Source: Mobula hypostoma (Eukaryota). Taken from it: a stretch of DNA of 64,000 bases. The notes under the pieces are model-generated. The model saw nothing but the letters and a program-made list of their open reading frames with translations, had not been told where the DNA came from and did not search any database. The stretch spans positions 123,506,001-123,570,000 of the forward strand of contig NC_086097.1 in assembly GCF_963921235.1 (NCBI RefSeq), in the 5' to 3' direction. The first letter of the stretch is position 1, and the number at the start of each line of letters is the position of its first letter. Positions 12,361-25,822 of this stretch are shown here, piece after piece. The translations under genes and the position numbers were made by a program.

Positions 12361-13355
12361 TTCAAAGTTCAAAGTAAATTTACTTTTCAAATGCTTATAC
12401 TGTAAGTCACCATATACTACCCTAAGATTCATTTTCTAGCAGGCAATCACAGTAAACACACTAGAATCAATGAAAGACCATACCCAACAGGACAGACAAA
12501 CAACCAATGTGAAAAATAACAGCAGGCTGTTCCAATACAAAAAGAAAAAAAACAAAATAATAATAATAATAAAATAAGCAATAAGTATTGAGAACATGAG
12601 ATGAAGAATCCTTGAAAGTGAATCCAGAGATTGTGGAAACAGTTCAGCAATGGGGCGAGTGCACTTGAGTGAATTTAACCCTCTGGTTCAAGAGTCTGAG
12701 AGGTAATAACTGTTCCTGAACTTGGTGGTGCAGATCCTGAGGCTCCTGTACCTTCTCCTTGATGGTAGCAAGGCAAGAGAATGGCCTGCATGGAAAGCGT
12801 CCTTGATGATGGATGCTGCTTTCGTGTGACACTCAACCAACAGGATCTTGAACAAAAAAGGATAACTACACTCATCTACTGAGATGTTCCCACAACCAAC
12901 GCTCTCACTTTAAGGACTTTATCTTGTTATTTCATGATCTTGTTATTTATTGCTACTTATTTATATTTGCATTTGCACTTTGTTGGCTTCTCTGCTCTTC
13001 TTCATTCATTCATCCTGTTTACAGTTACTGTTCTATAGATTTGCTGAGTATTCCCACAGGAAAAAGAATCTCAGGGTTGTATGTGGTGACATGTACGTAC
13101 TCTGATAATAAATGTTACTTTGAACTTTGAACTATATGCTGATTCTTCACCAGCCAATGACAGTGGTGTCATTGGCAAACTCAGATAGAGTTTTGGGGCT
13201 GTGCTTAACCTCACAGTCATGAGTGTAAAGTGAGTAGAGCAGAGGGTTAAGGACACAGCCTTGTGGCGCATCTGTGCTGATGGAAATCATGGAAGAGATG
13301 TTGTTGACAATTTGAACTGACTGGGGTCTGTAAGTGAGGAAATCGAGGATCCTGT
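12361..13355 (-). mobile_element. Rex1/Babar LINE fragment containing an opposite-strand Rex1 3' UTR (12836-13132)
   Basis: ttcaaagttcaaag tail at 12361 and RT relics (ORF 13071-13271). The inner plus-strand UTR ends ctttgaactttgaac. Confidence 0.7.
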
Positions 13356-15269
13356 TCTAACCTAAGATATGTAAGGAGATTTCCATTTTATCTTTCTTGA
13401 TTAAATCACTAGATAAGGGCAGGAAAAATTAATCAGTTTATAAGCTTTCAGTCCAAACTTAAACAGGCTTGAATCTGATCCAAGTTAATACTCAGAGCTC
13501 TCCCTTTCTCTAAATGACAATGGAAAAACTACTTTCAACTTTATCTTAAGCTTCTTTCCACGTGGTCAATGGAAACTTCAGCACTTCTTCGAGGCCAGAC
13601 AAAAAAAAATGTCTTCTCACCCTGATGACACCAGTCCAATTTATAATCATTTGAAATTTTTCTGGCACCTTGCCCTCGAGCCCCTCAGTAGCCAGCAAAT
13701 GTTTCATTTAAGGCACCAAATTTTTAAGTAGGAGCCCTTTCTTCCAGATGAAAACTAAATTTACTAAAACTGGCATTCCAGAATTTTGAGGCGCATCAAC
13801 TTATGGCTGAGGCAAATTGACACAAATAATCTATAAAATTTTCAAAGTTCTTGTATTAGTGATTTTGCATGTGCATAAATGGTTGACACCAAAAGCAAAA
13901 TCAGATGTTAAATAGAAAAAAGCATATGTCAAATTAAGGCGTGAAGTATAAAAGTATGACTGACAAAAGCACTTCCAACAAAATACCTGTTAATATATAA
14001 TTTACACAACAAAATTCATTTAGCTTTAAGAAAGGGATGTTTCAGAACTCTAGTATGTACAGACTTGGTTGGATAAAAGTATTCTGATCACAAAAATTTG
14101 ACCCGTACAACAGGTTTTCTTATATTCATATAAGCTATTTAAGTTAGTTTCTACTTTTCAAGCAAATATCTAATAATTTAAAGCATTCTCTTTTTTCGCA
14201 GAATAACTAGAAGCACTAGGCTCCAAATAGATTATTGCCAGAAAAAGATAAACTCTTATACGTACTCTGTTAAACTGCTTTATCTTCCTCAGATCCTTCC
14301 AAAAGTTGTGGATAGTAACTTAGCATGCTAGTACATTTTCATAAGTGACTCTTCTTAAACAGCTAAAGAAAGCTGCAATAATTTGTTTCCCACTAGTGAC
14401 CCAGAACCATCATATCTTCATAAAGTCAATATGGAAAGAATGCTATGCAGCTGCGGTTTCAGTTCAAAGAATTTATAAAATAGAACACATATTCTCACAT
14501 TCTGCAAATCCATGAAAAACATCTCACAAGAACTGTTGACGCAGGTTAAGTGGGTCAAACTTTTCTTTCAGGGAAGACAGATCCACACTGCACAAAGGAG
14601 GCTGCATTCTTCAGATAAACCCGTAACTTGAAGAAGCTAAATCTATTTCTGTATCGTTAACAGGAACCACATTAAGTTTCAGAGGTTAGGCAGAGGGCAT
14701 TTTCTATGGTTAATTTCTGTATCATTATTTTAGAAATTTAATAAATAATGCCTGCAATAATAAAAAAAACTGCTAAATAGATATAAAATTAATTTACGCC
14801 TCCTCAATATGGCAGGAAAAGAGAAAGGCTACACAGATGACTTGAAGTAATTCATTACAGATGTCTAATTAGACGGACCACATACAAAAAGCCATTTATT
14901 TAAATAAACAAAGCTATAGACAATTGTAGTATTGAATGGTATTGTAAATCTGAAACCCAGATGCTACATAAGAGAATCTCTGTAATATTTGGGATTTTTT
15001 TTGTTAACACTTTGATTCAAACTTTGACAAACTGGCTGCCTCTTTCTGGATGATACATATAGTGTGACAGGCCAATTGGAAAAGTAATTGTGGACATGCT
15101 ATGTTGCTGCCAGGATGTATGGCAATACTGGTGGGGCAGTCGCCAGCATACTTTCAGGTGATGAATTTCACTGTGTTTTGAAGTACACATGACAAATAAA
15201 CTTGAATCTTAACGCTTAAATTTACAAATTATTTTGCCGTGATATAACAAAATATTCCTCATGGTTACG

Positions 15270-15442
15270 ATAGGGTCTTTTAAGAGAGTTTTGGATAGGT
15301 ACATGGAGCTTAGAAAAATAGAGGGCTAAGGGCTATAGGTAAGCCTAGTAATTTCTAAGGTAGGGACATGTTCGGCACAACTCTGTGGGTCAAAGGGCCT
15401 GTATTGTGCTGTAGGTTTTCTATGTTTCTATGTTTCTATGTT
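15270..15442 (+). mobile_element. CR1 3' end with (TTTCTATG)n tail
   Basis: gggcctgtattgtgctgtagg followed by the 8-mer tail. The reverse complement occurs at 21132-21385. Confidence 0.85.
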
Positions 15443-16129
15443 AATGTTGCATTAGAAATTCTATTGTATGAAGTGACAGTCACATGTCTGACTGAAATCC
15501 ATGTAAAGCCCAGCTGATTGTTCAATAGACTGTGTGTGTACTGAACAGCCTAAAATCAAGAATCTACAATCAACTTTACTCGCCGTATACATTTGCATGT
15601 ACAGTATTAGGAATTTACTGTAGTATCTTGGTCAGGGCGCGACACGCAACATAAACAACAACATTCAACAATTATGAAGAATAAGAATTATATAAAAATT
15701 AAAGTCAGGAGTTAAAGTATGGATATGGAATAAAATATGACTGGTCCTTTACCTTGTTACTATATCTGCTCATTTGAAGCTGTCCCACGAGTGAAAAGAT
15801 CTCAACATCTATCCTGCTATGGCTCTTCATAAGCCTACATGTCCAAAGAACACAGACCCAAACTGTTAAATCTCTCTTAATATAGCAACCTTCTCATCCT
15901 AGAATCTTGCCTGGTGAATCTGCTTTGGCCTGTCTCCCTGCTATTAGGTACTTTTTTAGTTACAGGGATAAGAACTATGCATAATATTTCGGGTGTGACA
16001 TCATAATTGTAACAATACCCCCCTATTAAATACCAAACCTTTTACTGTTTGCACTCTTCGTTGCTTGGTGGACTTGCTCGTTAATGTTTGGTGATACATG
16101 CACTTGAACACCTATCTCCCACCATTTTT

Positions 16130-16252
16130 AACCACAAGAGGTTCTGCAATTACTGGAAATCCAGGACACCTCACACAAAATGCTGGAGTAACTCAGCAGG
16201 TCAGACAGCATCTATGGTTAGTAATAAACAGTCGACATTTTGGACTGAAACA
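16130..16252 (-). mobile_element. Short Penelope pLTR fragment ending in the hammerhead motif
   Basis: cacacaaaatgctggagtaactcagcagg..cagtcgacattttggactgaaac. Confidence 0.7.
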
Positions 16253-17569
16253 TTCTCCATTTAGATGATAATCCGCCTTTTGATCCCTCCTACCAGATTG
16301 CATTACCTCACACTTTGTTACATTTGTCAATAGTTTGCACAATCACTCAATCTACCTATTGCAGGGTGATAGCATCTTCATTACAATATGCTCTTCCACC
16401 TAGTCATGTGCCATCGGAACATTTCAGTAGCTTATATTTCACCCCTCCTCCAGGTCAATATCATTAATAACTGAGTGCCATGAATCAATCACTAAGGTAC
16501 TTTAATAATTACACTACAATGCAATGATGCTGAGACACATCATCAGTGAAGTAACCTGGAGTCATCAGGTGCTTCAGGCCATTCAACATCAGACACCCTC
16601 ATCCAGGTGACCAGGCAGGGTTGATCATTTCCCAGCTTATGTCCCAAAAGTGATGGTCCATGGGTCATACCTCTTGATCCATAACCATCTGGAGGCTCGC
16701 TCTGTAACCCCTGTGATGGTCTGGTAACAAGTTATCATTAATAATAATTGCCAAGGACCAATCACTGAGGTGCTTCAATAGATACATCTACTGTATAATG
16801 ACAATAACTATTTCTAGGCATTTCCATTTTAGTACCAATATTACTCAATAGATCAAACACTAAGACAAAAAAGATAAAATTTCATTTTATTAGATAAAAT
16901 GTCATTAGATAAAAGAAGACTGTGATAATAGTATTTTATTTCATGTTTTAACTCAGTTATTCCTCTAGGGAAACTACATGGTGGTGAAATTGATACTGTT
17001 TAAAAGGCAGAAGATAAATTATTGCAAATCAGCAGTCTAACTGCACGCTAACTGGTTTTGAATCTTTTGAAGAGCAGAGTTAAGTTCAGACACTGGCTAT
17101 TGGCTCTGCCAAAAGAGCAGCTGCAGGCACACCCAGAGATGGCAGGATGCCAGCCTGGTGAAGCTGCAACGCAGGATTACAGGATGGGTAAACATGGAGA
17201 ACAGTTTGCTGATCCAGCGATCAACAATTCAGACTGAAGCTCTGTAATCTTATTACACATTCAGTCATGAACAGCTCCAGACTGGCTCACAATGTCAGTT
17301 TTAGTGAATTCTGGGGTGGGGAGGAATGACTGTGTAGGGTAACGTATTTAGGAGAAACGTACATAATTCACAGCCGCCGACATTGAGTTGGGGTTTCACT
17401 TTAAGAGGCTGGGTCTGTTGTGATGACGTTATTACATAAAGATTTTTAGCTTATTTCTGTTTAGGTTTTGAAGTTCAATAAATGTGTTATGGGCTTCATT
17501 AAACATAAAACGCCTTACCTTGCTTTATTTGCGAAAGCATACAGGCCTCTATTTGCTTCAGTCGGCATA

Positions 17570-17975
17570 TACAGAATAATGCTGGTGGAAGTACTGCATC
17601 ACAGTAGCAGGAGCCTGCATTTGGTCCCGGCCTCAGTGTGGAGTTTACATTCTCCCTGTAGCCCATGCATTTCTGCCGGTTGCAGTTCCATCGCACATCC
17701 CAAAGAAGCCCATCCAGCCCTTCCAGCTACACTGCCCAGCAATCACCCGATTTAACCCTAGCCTAACCACAGGGCAACTTACAATAAACAGCTAAATTAC
17801 CAAGCGGTGTGTCTTTGGACTGTGGAAGAAACTGGAACACCCACAGGAAACCCATGCGGTCATGGGAAAAATGTACAAGCTCCTTACAGACAGTGACAGG
17901 AATTGAACTTGTGTTGCTGGTACTGTAAAGCGTTGTGCTAGAGCGTGTTATGTGCTGTTTCTCCCTATGACTTTA
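17570..17975. mobile_element. Two nested V-domain tRNA SINE fragments (+, with a - copy at ~17710-17940)
   Basis: V-domain core (gggtttcc..tgctcc.gtttc.tcc.ca) present in both orientations. Confidence 0.6.
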
Positions 17976-18183
17976 GGTTACAGAAGTTTGTCCTTAAGGA
18001 ATTCTCCAACATGCTGCCTCAGTAGCTGTGGCTGATCCAGCATCCGCAGGCTCTTGTGTCTCCTTAAGGTAATCCCTTGGCCTTTACTCTACTTCCACTG
18101 AATCACCACACTTGTCCCTCTGAACTCCTACACATATTCTCCCATGATCCTTGATCCTCAAACCTTGTGCCTCTCCCTAAAAT

Positions 18184-18312
18184 CAAACAAGAGAAGATCT
18201 GCAGATGCAGGAAATCCAAGCAGCACATGCAAAATGCTGGAGGAACTCAGCAGGCCAGGCAGCATCTATGGAAAGGGGTACAGTCGACATTTCGGGCCCA
18301 GGCCCTTCCTTA
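18184..18312 (-). mobile_element. Short Penelope pLTR fragment ending in the hammerhead motif
   Basis: caaacaagagaagatctgcagatgc..cagtcgacatttcgggcccaggcccttc. Confidence 0.75.
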
Positions 18313-19322
18313 TCCGCACTTTGTAAGCCCCTTCCTAATCCACGAGTCATGTGCAGTCTGAGATGACTGCTCGCACATCCTCAGACAGGAGAGGGCATGG
18401 CAAAAGCAGGACTAGGCCATGACTGCCAGCCAGACGATGTCATTTCCAAATCTTAATGCCCAACAGTACTTAGAGATTAAAAATAAAAATTGACAAAATT
18501 TGCTCTTTCTTTCGCACCATCCTCCTCCAGCCACACCTCTGCCCCCCACTCACCCCCAGCATAATGATAAATCCAGGAGTGAGATTGTGTTGCCCCTAAC
18601 GCATTTATTTGACTTTGTTGGGTCTAGGCTTTAAATGATTTGTTTGTAACTATTTTCCAGTTAAAGTTAAAGGTTGATAATTATGTTACAGTATAACAAA
18701 GGTAAATTCATTTTCTATGGTATATCGCGGCATGCGATGACGTCACCTTCGGTTTTGCCGCGTCTTATGTGTAACCTCCGGTTCGGGAAGGTGTGAAGGC
18801 GGGTGCCATGCTTGCAGCATGATGGCGAAGAGCTCCGTTTCTACCCACAAAGAAACATTGTAGAAGAAATGCCTTTTCACCATACGATGTTAATGTGGAA
18901 GAGTGAACAGTAAATAGTTAACCTTACAACGACTCTGTCTTCATTGGCTCCAGTTTAACTTGGTGTTTAGTCAGAGTTTCAACACACTGCACGAGAACAC
19001 TACAGAGATTCACATTACAGAATATTGCAATACAGATGATTTTCTCAGAATGCAAAGAATAGTTTTGATAGCAACATCGGTAAGCAGGACACATACTTCT
19101 ATCATATAGAGAGGCATGCAGTTGTGTCTGAACCAAACTTCAAGCGCCAAATGGGGCTCTGAACGTTAGTAGATGAGGTGGGGCCAAAAAGTAACAATAG
19201 AATTAAATATGCAGCAGGGTACAAGCCCCTGCTGTTGTTTAGAAGGCCAGGAGGAAGTCATCAATCAGAATGTTAATAAGAAGAGAAAGTGCTTGTGACA
19301 GAAAGAATAACAACATTTAAAA

Positions 19323-19630
19323 GAAATGCACACAGAACACTGGAGGAACTCAGCAGGTCAGGCGGCATCTCTGAAAATGAATAAACAGCCGAAGTTTCGG
19401 GCCAAGACCCTCCTTCAGGACTGAGAAGGAGGGTTGGAAGATGCCAGAATCTAAAGATGGGAGAAGTGGAAGGAGGCTAGGTGAAGCCATATGGGTGGTA
19501 AAGGGCTGGAGAAGAAAGAATCTGAAAGGAGAGGAGGGTGGACCAGAGGAGACAGGGCGGGAGGAAGGGACCCAGGGGGAATAATAGGCAGGTGAGTCGA
19601 GGTAAAAGGTCAGCATGGGGAATAGAGGAA
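19323..19630 (-). mobile_element. Penelope pLTR fragment
   Basis: Homologous to 29740-30130; hammerhead relic at ~19385-19423. Confidence 0.7.
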
Positions 19631-20159
19631 GGGGGTGTTTTTAAAAGATATTTGGACACATAGATGGAGAGGAAATGTTTAGAAGGAAATGTGCAAAAAG
19701 TAGGCACATGGAGGAGCATTTTGGTAGGCATGGATGAGCTGGGCAGTATGGCCTGTTTCCATAATTATTCTATGAATACATGACCATACACAAAGCAAGT
19801 TGAGTTAATATGGCAGATGAATATATGATAAAATAGCAGCAAACGTTTGTTAAAACTGCTGCAATCTATGCAAGCCTTCTGTGAAAATTGCTGGTGAATT
19901 ATATTTACACCGATCAATTCAAGCTCCCTGTTCACCACGCAGAAAGGATATGAACACACTGAAGGTGAATCAGGGGAGATTCACCAGGATGCTGCCTAGA
20001 AAAGTGTGTTTGTTTTGAGGGGAGTAGGGCGAGCTGGAGACCTGATAGAGGTGAGCAAAATTATGAAAGCCAAGGACAGGATGGTGGAAAACTTTTGCCA
20101 GTAACAGTGATGTTTATAACGAGACGGCAAGGATTTATGGTGATCAATAAAAACAGGTG

Positions 20160-20850
20160 TAGGGTAGCATGGTAGCAAAACAGTTTTGAAATTTTTATTT
20201 TATTGAGATGCAGGGTGGAATAGCTCCTTCAAGCCACACCCCCCCCCCCAGCAACCCCAACGTAACCCTAGCCTAATCACAGGGCAATTTATAATGACCA
20301 GTTAACCTACCAACTGGTACGTCTTTAGATTGAGAGAGGAAACCGGAGCACCCGGAGGAAACCCGCGCGGTCACGGGGAGAACGTACAATCTCTTAAAGA
20401 CAGCGGCAGGAAATGAACCTGGGTCACTGGTACTGTAAGGTGTTGTGCTAAACATGATGATACTGTGCTGCTCCGGGCAGCATAGTGCTTTACAGAACTA
20501 GCTGTAAGACTGGGGTTCAATTCCCACTGCTGTCTGTGCATTCTTCAATGACCACGTGGTTTCCTCCGGGTGCTCTAGTTTCCTCCCACATTCCAAAGAT
20601 GTACGGGTTAGGGTTAGTGAGTTGTGGGCACGCTATGTTGGTCCTATGACCACGTGGTTTCCTCCGGGTGCTCCAGTTTCCTCCCACATTCCAAAGACAT
20701 ATTGGTTAGGGTTAGTGAGTTGTGGGCTGCTATGTTGCTGGTGGAAGTATAGTGACAGTGGCAGACTGTCCAACACAATCCTCGCAATTTGATGTAAATG
20801 ACGTTCTCTGTATGTCTTGCTGACAATGTGATAAGTAAAACTAATCTTAT
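20160..20850. mobile_element. V-SINE cluster: + copy with ~99-bp tandem duplication, - copy nested at ~20192-20470
   Basis: B box ggggttcaattccc (20512). V-domain tggtttcctccgggtgctc..tttcctcccacattccaaaga occurs twice (20548 and 20647). Reverse copy gaggaaaccggagcacccggaggaaacccgc. Confidence 0.8.
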
Positions 20851-21131
20851 CTTTAGATAGCAAGGCATATAAGGAAAATAAGTTTCTTCCATTCTGAAAA
20901 TGGTTGCAAGCAGTAACGAATTGCCTGAGAGGGTGCTGAAAACATGTACTCTCACAACATTTAGAAGTACCTGGATGAATACTTGAAAGGCCAAGACATG
21001 GGAGACTACAGATCAAATGTTGGTAAATGGGGTCAGTATGGATGGGCACTTGATGGCTGGCATGGGCATGGCAGGCCAATAATAACTCTATTAAATGGTC
21101 AAATTAATCTATTAAATGTATGATCTAATGC

Positions 21132-21385
21132 ACATAGAAAACATAGAAACATAGAAAACCTACAGCACAATACAGGCCCTTCGGCACACAATGCTGTGCC
21201 GAACATGTGCTTACTTCAGAAATTACCTCAGGTTACCCATCGCCCTCTATTTTTCTGAGCTCCATGTACCTGTCAAAGAGTCTCTTAAAAGACCCTATCG
21301 TATCTGCCTCCACCACCGTCCCCGGCAGCCCATTCCACGCACTCACCACTCTCTGCATAAAAAACTTACCTCTGACCTCTGCTCT
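21132..21385 (-). mobile_element. CR1 3' end
   Basis: (catagaaa)n tail; reverse complement of the 15270-15442 family. Confidence 0.85.
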
Positions 21386-21468
21386 GTACATGTGCTGCAT
21401 GGTCATGTAGCAGTTAGCACAAGGCTACTACAGCTCCAGCAATCTCCAGTTGGAGTTTAACTCCTGCT

Positions 21469-22535
21469 GCTGAGGAGCGGTGCCTTAGGAAAGCGGCGTC
21501 CATCATTAAGGACCCCCATCACCCAGCACTTGCCCTCTTCACACTGTAAGTTGGGAAGGAGGTACTGAAGCCTGAAGGCACACACTCGCCGATTCAGAAA
21601 CAGCTTCTTCCTCTCTGCCACCTGATTTCTAAATGGACGTTGAACCAATGAACACTACCTCACTACTTTTTAATTTCTGTTTGTTTGCTCTATTTATTTT
21701 ACCCTAACTATTTAATAAACATAGGAGGAGGAAAAGATGGCAGCGTGACAGCAGTGCGCGCGGCCACTTCGGTGGTGATGTCTGTTATTTGTCAAGTAGG
21801 GGACCGTGCACAATTCTGATTTGATGGAGACAGACGTGAGAGCACGAAGGAACATCTGGAAAACTTCTGAAATGCCCGCTTCGCTGCCGCTGCTACTGTG
21901 TGGTAACCGGAACCTCTGGAGCAGAAGGCCCTGAAATCCTCGGCTTTGCTTGTTTCAGCGGCCGGGGCGAGGTCGAAGGCGCTCGGCAGAGGATGGCACT
22001 CGAGAGGCTGTATCGGAGGGGCTGGCTGGAGGCTCGAGGTTTTCGGACAGATGGACTTAGTGTCGGCTGTGGTCGGCTGTTTCCAAGGCATCGGCAAGTT
22101 GACAGTGCCTGGAGGTTTATGGCAGGGAGTTTCTCCCTTTTGCTGCCTGCTATGGGGGACTCGGGATCCAATTGACTTGGGGACTTTGAGACTATTTTTA
22201 CTGTGCCCATGGTCTGTTCTTCATCAAATTACGGTATTGCTTTGCACTGCTGTAACTATATGTTATAATTATGTGGGTTCTGTCAGTGTTAGTCTTTGGT
22301 TTGCCCTGTTTTCTGTGATATCACTCTGGAGGAACTTTGTATCATTTCTCAATGCATGTATGCATTTCTAAATGACAATAAAAGAGGACTGAGTGTTCTC
22401 ATAATCTAAAAACATATATACTTAATGTAACAAAGCTTTTCTTCTCTACATTTATCATGTATTTCATTGTACTGGTGCTGTAAAGATAACAAATTTCACA
22501 ACATATGCCAGTGATATTGAATCTGATTCTGATTC
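21469..22535 (+). mobile_element. Rex1/Babar 3' end split by the 21724-22409 insert
   Basis: RCLRKAASIIKDPHHP motif; tail tctgattctgattctg at ~22522-22537. Confidence 0.75.
21724..22409 (+). mobile_element. Non-autonomous retroelement (AAGATGGC head, Rex1-like tail), copy 2, 7-bp TSD
   Basis: TSD aaacata at 21717-21723 and 22410-22416. Starts ggaggaggaaaagatggcag and is homologous to 6630-7251. Confidence 0.85.
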
Positions 22536-22539
22536 TGTA

Positions 22540-23200
22540 AGGAGTTTGTTCACCCCATGACCACATGGGTTTCCTCCAGGTGCCCTGGGTTCCTCCCACA
22601 TTCCAAAGATGTATGGTTAGAGTCAGTGAGCTATGGGCACGCTATGTTGGCACAGAGGCATGGCAACACCTGCAGGCTGCCCAGCACAAAACTCACAGAT
22701 TTGATGCAAATCAGCTCATTTCACTACGTGATTTGATGCATATGTAACAAATAAAGCTAATCTTTCATCTTTAACTTTATATGCTTAATGTCATGGACGT
22801 TTAGGAAGTTTACCAGAAAGTAATACTTACTGGGAAAGATTAAGTGAGATGAAATTCTTCTATTCCCCTGGCAATAAGAAAAACAAGTTTGAGTGGGACT
22901 GAAATCCTCACAGTAATGAGATAGTTTGAGAGGCTAGAGCTAAAATGAAGACAATTTGTTGTAAATATGAGTCAATAATAGCTTTTTTTAAAATTTTAGT
23001 AATACACTGTGAAGTAGGTCCATCCAGCCTTTCGAGCCATACCGGCACAGCAACCCCCAAAAAACCCAATTAACCCTAATTTAATCATAGGACAATTTAC
23101 AATGACCAATTAACCCACCCAATATGCCTTTGGACTGTGGGAGGAAATCAGGCACCCGGGATAAACCCGTGCATTTCATGGTGAGGACGTACAGGGATAT
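22540..23200. mobile_element. V-SINE fragments (+ 22540-22770; - 22985-23200)
   Basis: V-domain core in each fragment. Confidence 0.65.
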
Positions 23201-23859
23201 TATAACCCTTTGTTCATGTGCAGGATAAAAACAGCTCATACATGCTGGTCTAGGTGGTCTGCTCCTCTGCTGTGAGTACCACTCTGATTTTTTTTAGATC
23301 AGTAGAGAAGCACCACAAGGATAAATTTAACCTATCCCTCTCATCAGGACACTGGTGGGATCTGGTAGGAACCTACTTTTACAACCTAGTCATTTTAATT
23401 TCCACTGAAATCAAAGGACTGTAATATTGAATGGAATATAAAACTGATGTTTCACCAAAATCCGTCAATGTTGTGGTCCAACAATTTCAATCAAAATTAT
23501 TTCTGGATGAAGCCGTACACAAGCAGTGGGAGATCAAGCAGCCCAACCAGGTTCACTTTCTAATCTGTGTAATGGACACAATGTGTAAAAAATTCTCAAT
23601 CTGCTTTCGACTATTTTATAAACCCATCAAAGCTAACACTGCCTAATGAAATTCAGAGCTGAGACACAGGGTTGCAACCTCCCAAATGTGAAAGCAGTTA
23701 TCCATTCTGAAGCTTAAAATCTGATGGTTGGCATTTCAGTGTAACCCACAGTGCGACTGATTGATTGAGTGATTAATTTGTGTCAAATCTGCTGATGGCA
23801 GTTAGTTTTGTGCAGTTCTTCTGTTGTGCCGTCAAAGGTGGCTGTTGAGTCCAAGTTGT

Positions 23860-24180
23860 GAGTGACATGGATGTCCACAATAAGGACATGGAAACTGTCC
23901 TGGGACTGGTCACAGAGCTACTGTTAAAGCCTTCTTTGAATGACATGACATGAATTGCAAGATAAAACCTGTGCTGGAGAGATCTTAAAGTGGAAAAACT
24001 GTTGCACTGAGGCAGTTCCACTCTCTTGACCTTGGAAGTCTGGGTCTAGTGGTACGAGTAGTCGTCACAACTGGGGTCTTCCTTCGTTGCAGTGGATGAC
24101 CCATGACTATTTCTGTGCCTTGTCATACCTTTTCGTCTCCATGAAGCATTGCAGAACCATCTTCCCTGCCGCTAGATCAC
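23860..24180 (-). mobile_element. RTE-type non-autonomous element fragment
   Basis: Reverse-complement homologue of 35290-35610. Confidence 0.6.
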
Positions 24181-24359
24181 ACCCACAGTCTACAGACCTT
24201 AAAATAACTGTAGCTGGCTAGTTTGAGTAATTTGTATTTTACAAATCTGAAGACTGTGAAGAACGGTTCCATTATTCAAGGCACAAGGCTCTAATGATGT
24301 TTGGATAGCTGTTAATTAAATACAGTTTTTTTGCTGCACTGCACTTTGAAACTGATTAT

Positions 24360-24600
24360 TTTTATTTTACTTTTTAGTTAGAGATAGAGTATGACCTTCT
24401 GGCCCATTGAGCCCACACTGCCCAATTACACCCATGTGACCAATTAACCCCATATGTTTTTGGAAATATGTGAGGAAATCAAAGCATCTGGAGAAAACCC
24501 ATGCAGTTATGGACAGAACATATCAAATCCTTACAGGCAGTGGTGGGAATTGAACCCCTGTTGTTGGCACTGTGAGTGGTGTTACACTAACCACTGTGCC
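24360..24600 (-). mobile_element. V-SINE
   Basis: Reverse B box gggaattgaaccc (24545) and reverse V-domain. Confidence 0.65.
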
Positions 24601-25103
24601 AATTGGTGAAGCACCATAGCTCAAACACATGTTGGAAAAAATGCACAGAGATTCATCTCTGGCCAGTATTCTAAAACAGGTTACATGGCTCTGTTACAGG
24701 AATTACCCCTTGTAATAATGATCAGGGAGGCACAGAGAGAATCTGTAAATATTGATAAGCACCTTTATTATCTCAACAGAACACGCCAACTTACACAAAC
24801 AATTACCTGTGCGCACACCTACTAAATTTTCCCTGACATAAACAGTCAAAGAATAGGAAATAAAACTCTAGTTAAAAAGGAGCAAGCATTTAGTGGCCAG
24901 CAAAAGCCCATCATTTTAAGGATTAAGGATCAAGGGATCAACTTTATTCACCATATACATGGACAAGTATTAGGAATTTGCTGTAGTGTGCTGGTCATGG
25001 TGTGACATCCAGCAAAAAACAACATTCAACAGTTACAAACAACATTATATAAAAATAAAGTTGGAGGTTCCGATAAGGAATAAATGTGCATAAATACAAG
25101 CAT

Positions 25104-25822
25104 GCACAGGGCCTTGAAAATGTATTCAGCCCCCAACCCTTTATTCACAAAAATGAGTATTAAACCGGAGATTTTGATCAATTTAACTGAGAACTTCTAT
25201 TTGTGAATCAGATGCTCCTTTTTTCACAGTAGAGCCCAGAAAACAGGAAAAACTGTAAAAAATGAAAAGCTGAAATGTCAGCAATTCAAAAGTATTCATC
25301 CCCCTTTGATCAGTACTTAGCTGAACCACCTCTCACAGCTATTACAGCCAGTAGTTTATTTTTTGGATATGTCACTATTAGCTTTGCACAATGTGGTGGA
25401 GCAAGATTTACCCATTCCTCCTTGCAAAATTCCTCAGGCTGTGCCAGGTTAGTTGGGGACGTGTGGCTGTCAGCAATCTTGAGGTCTTGCCAGAAATGTT
25501 TGGTCGAGTTGAGGTCAGCACTCTGACTGAGCCACTCAAGGACATCAATATTATTTATCGAATCCACTCCATGGTTGCACTAGCAGTGTACTTGGGTCGT
25601 TGTCCTGCTGAATGGTGAACTTCCTCCACAGTTTAAGCTTTCTGGCAGAGGCGAGCAGGTTTTTATCCAGGATCTCTCTGTATTTAGCAGCATTCACCCT
25701 CTCATCAATCCTGACCAGATTTCCAATCCCTGCTGCTGAAAAGCATCCCCATAGCATAATGCTGCCTCCACCATACTTACAATAGGGATGGTGTTACCTG
25801 GCTTCTGCGCTGTATTAGATTA
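25104..25822 (-). mobile_element. Tc1 (DD34E, IR/DR type) transposon 3' half, inactive
   Basis: ORF 25551-25757 MLWGCFSAAG..KYREIL..QQDNDP and ORF 25310-25567 VLEWLSQSADLNSTKH (decayed WPSQSPDLNPIE). Terminal cagggccttgaaaatgtattcagcccc with inner repeat aaaagtattcatcccc at ~25288. Confidence 0.9.

Noticed and set aside
20608..20616. Interstitial telomere repeat (gggttagggttag)
   Set aside because: Only about two units, and part of the V-SINE body (also seen at ~20703).
25310..25757. Active or domesticated Tc1 transposase
   Set aside because: The 5' half is missing, the frame is shifted, and the catalytic SPDLNPIE motif is mutated.
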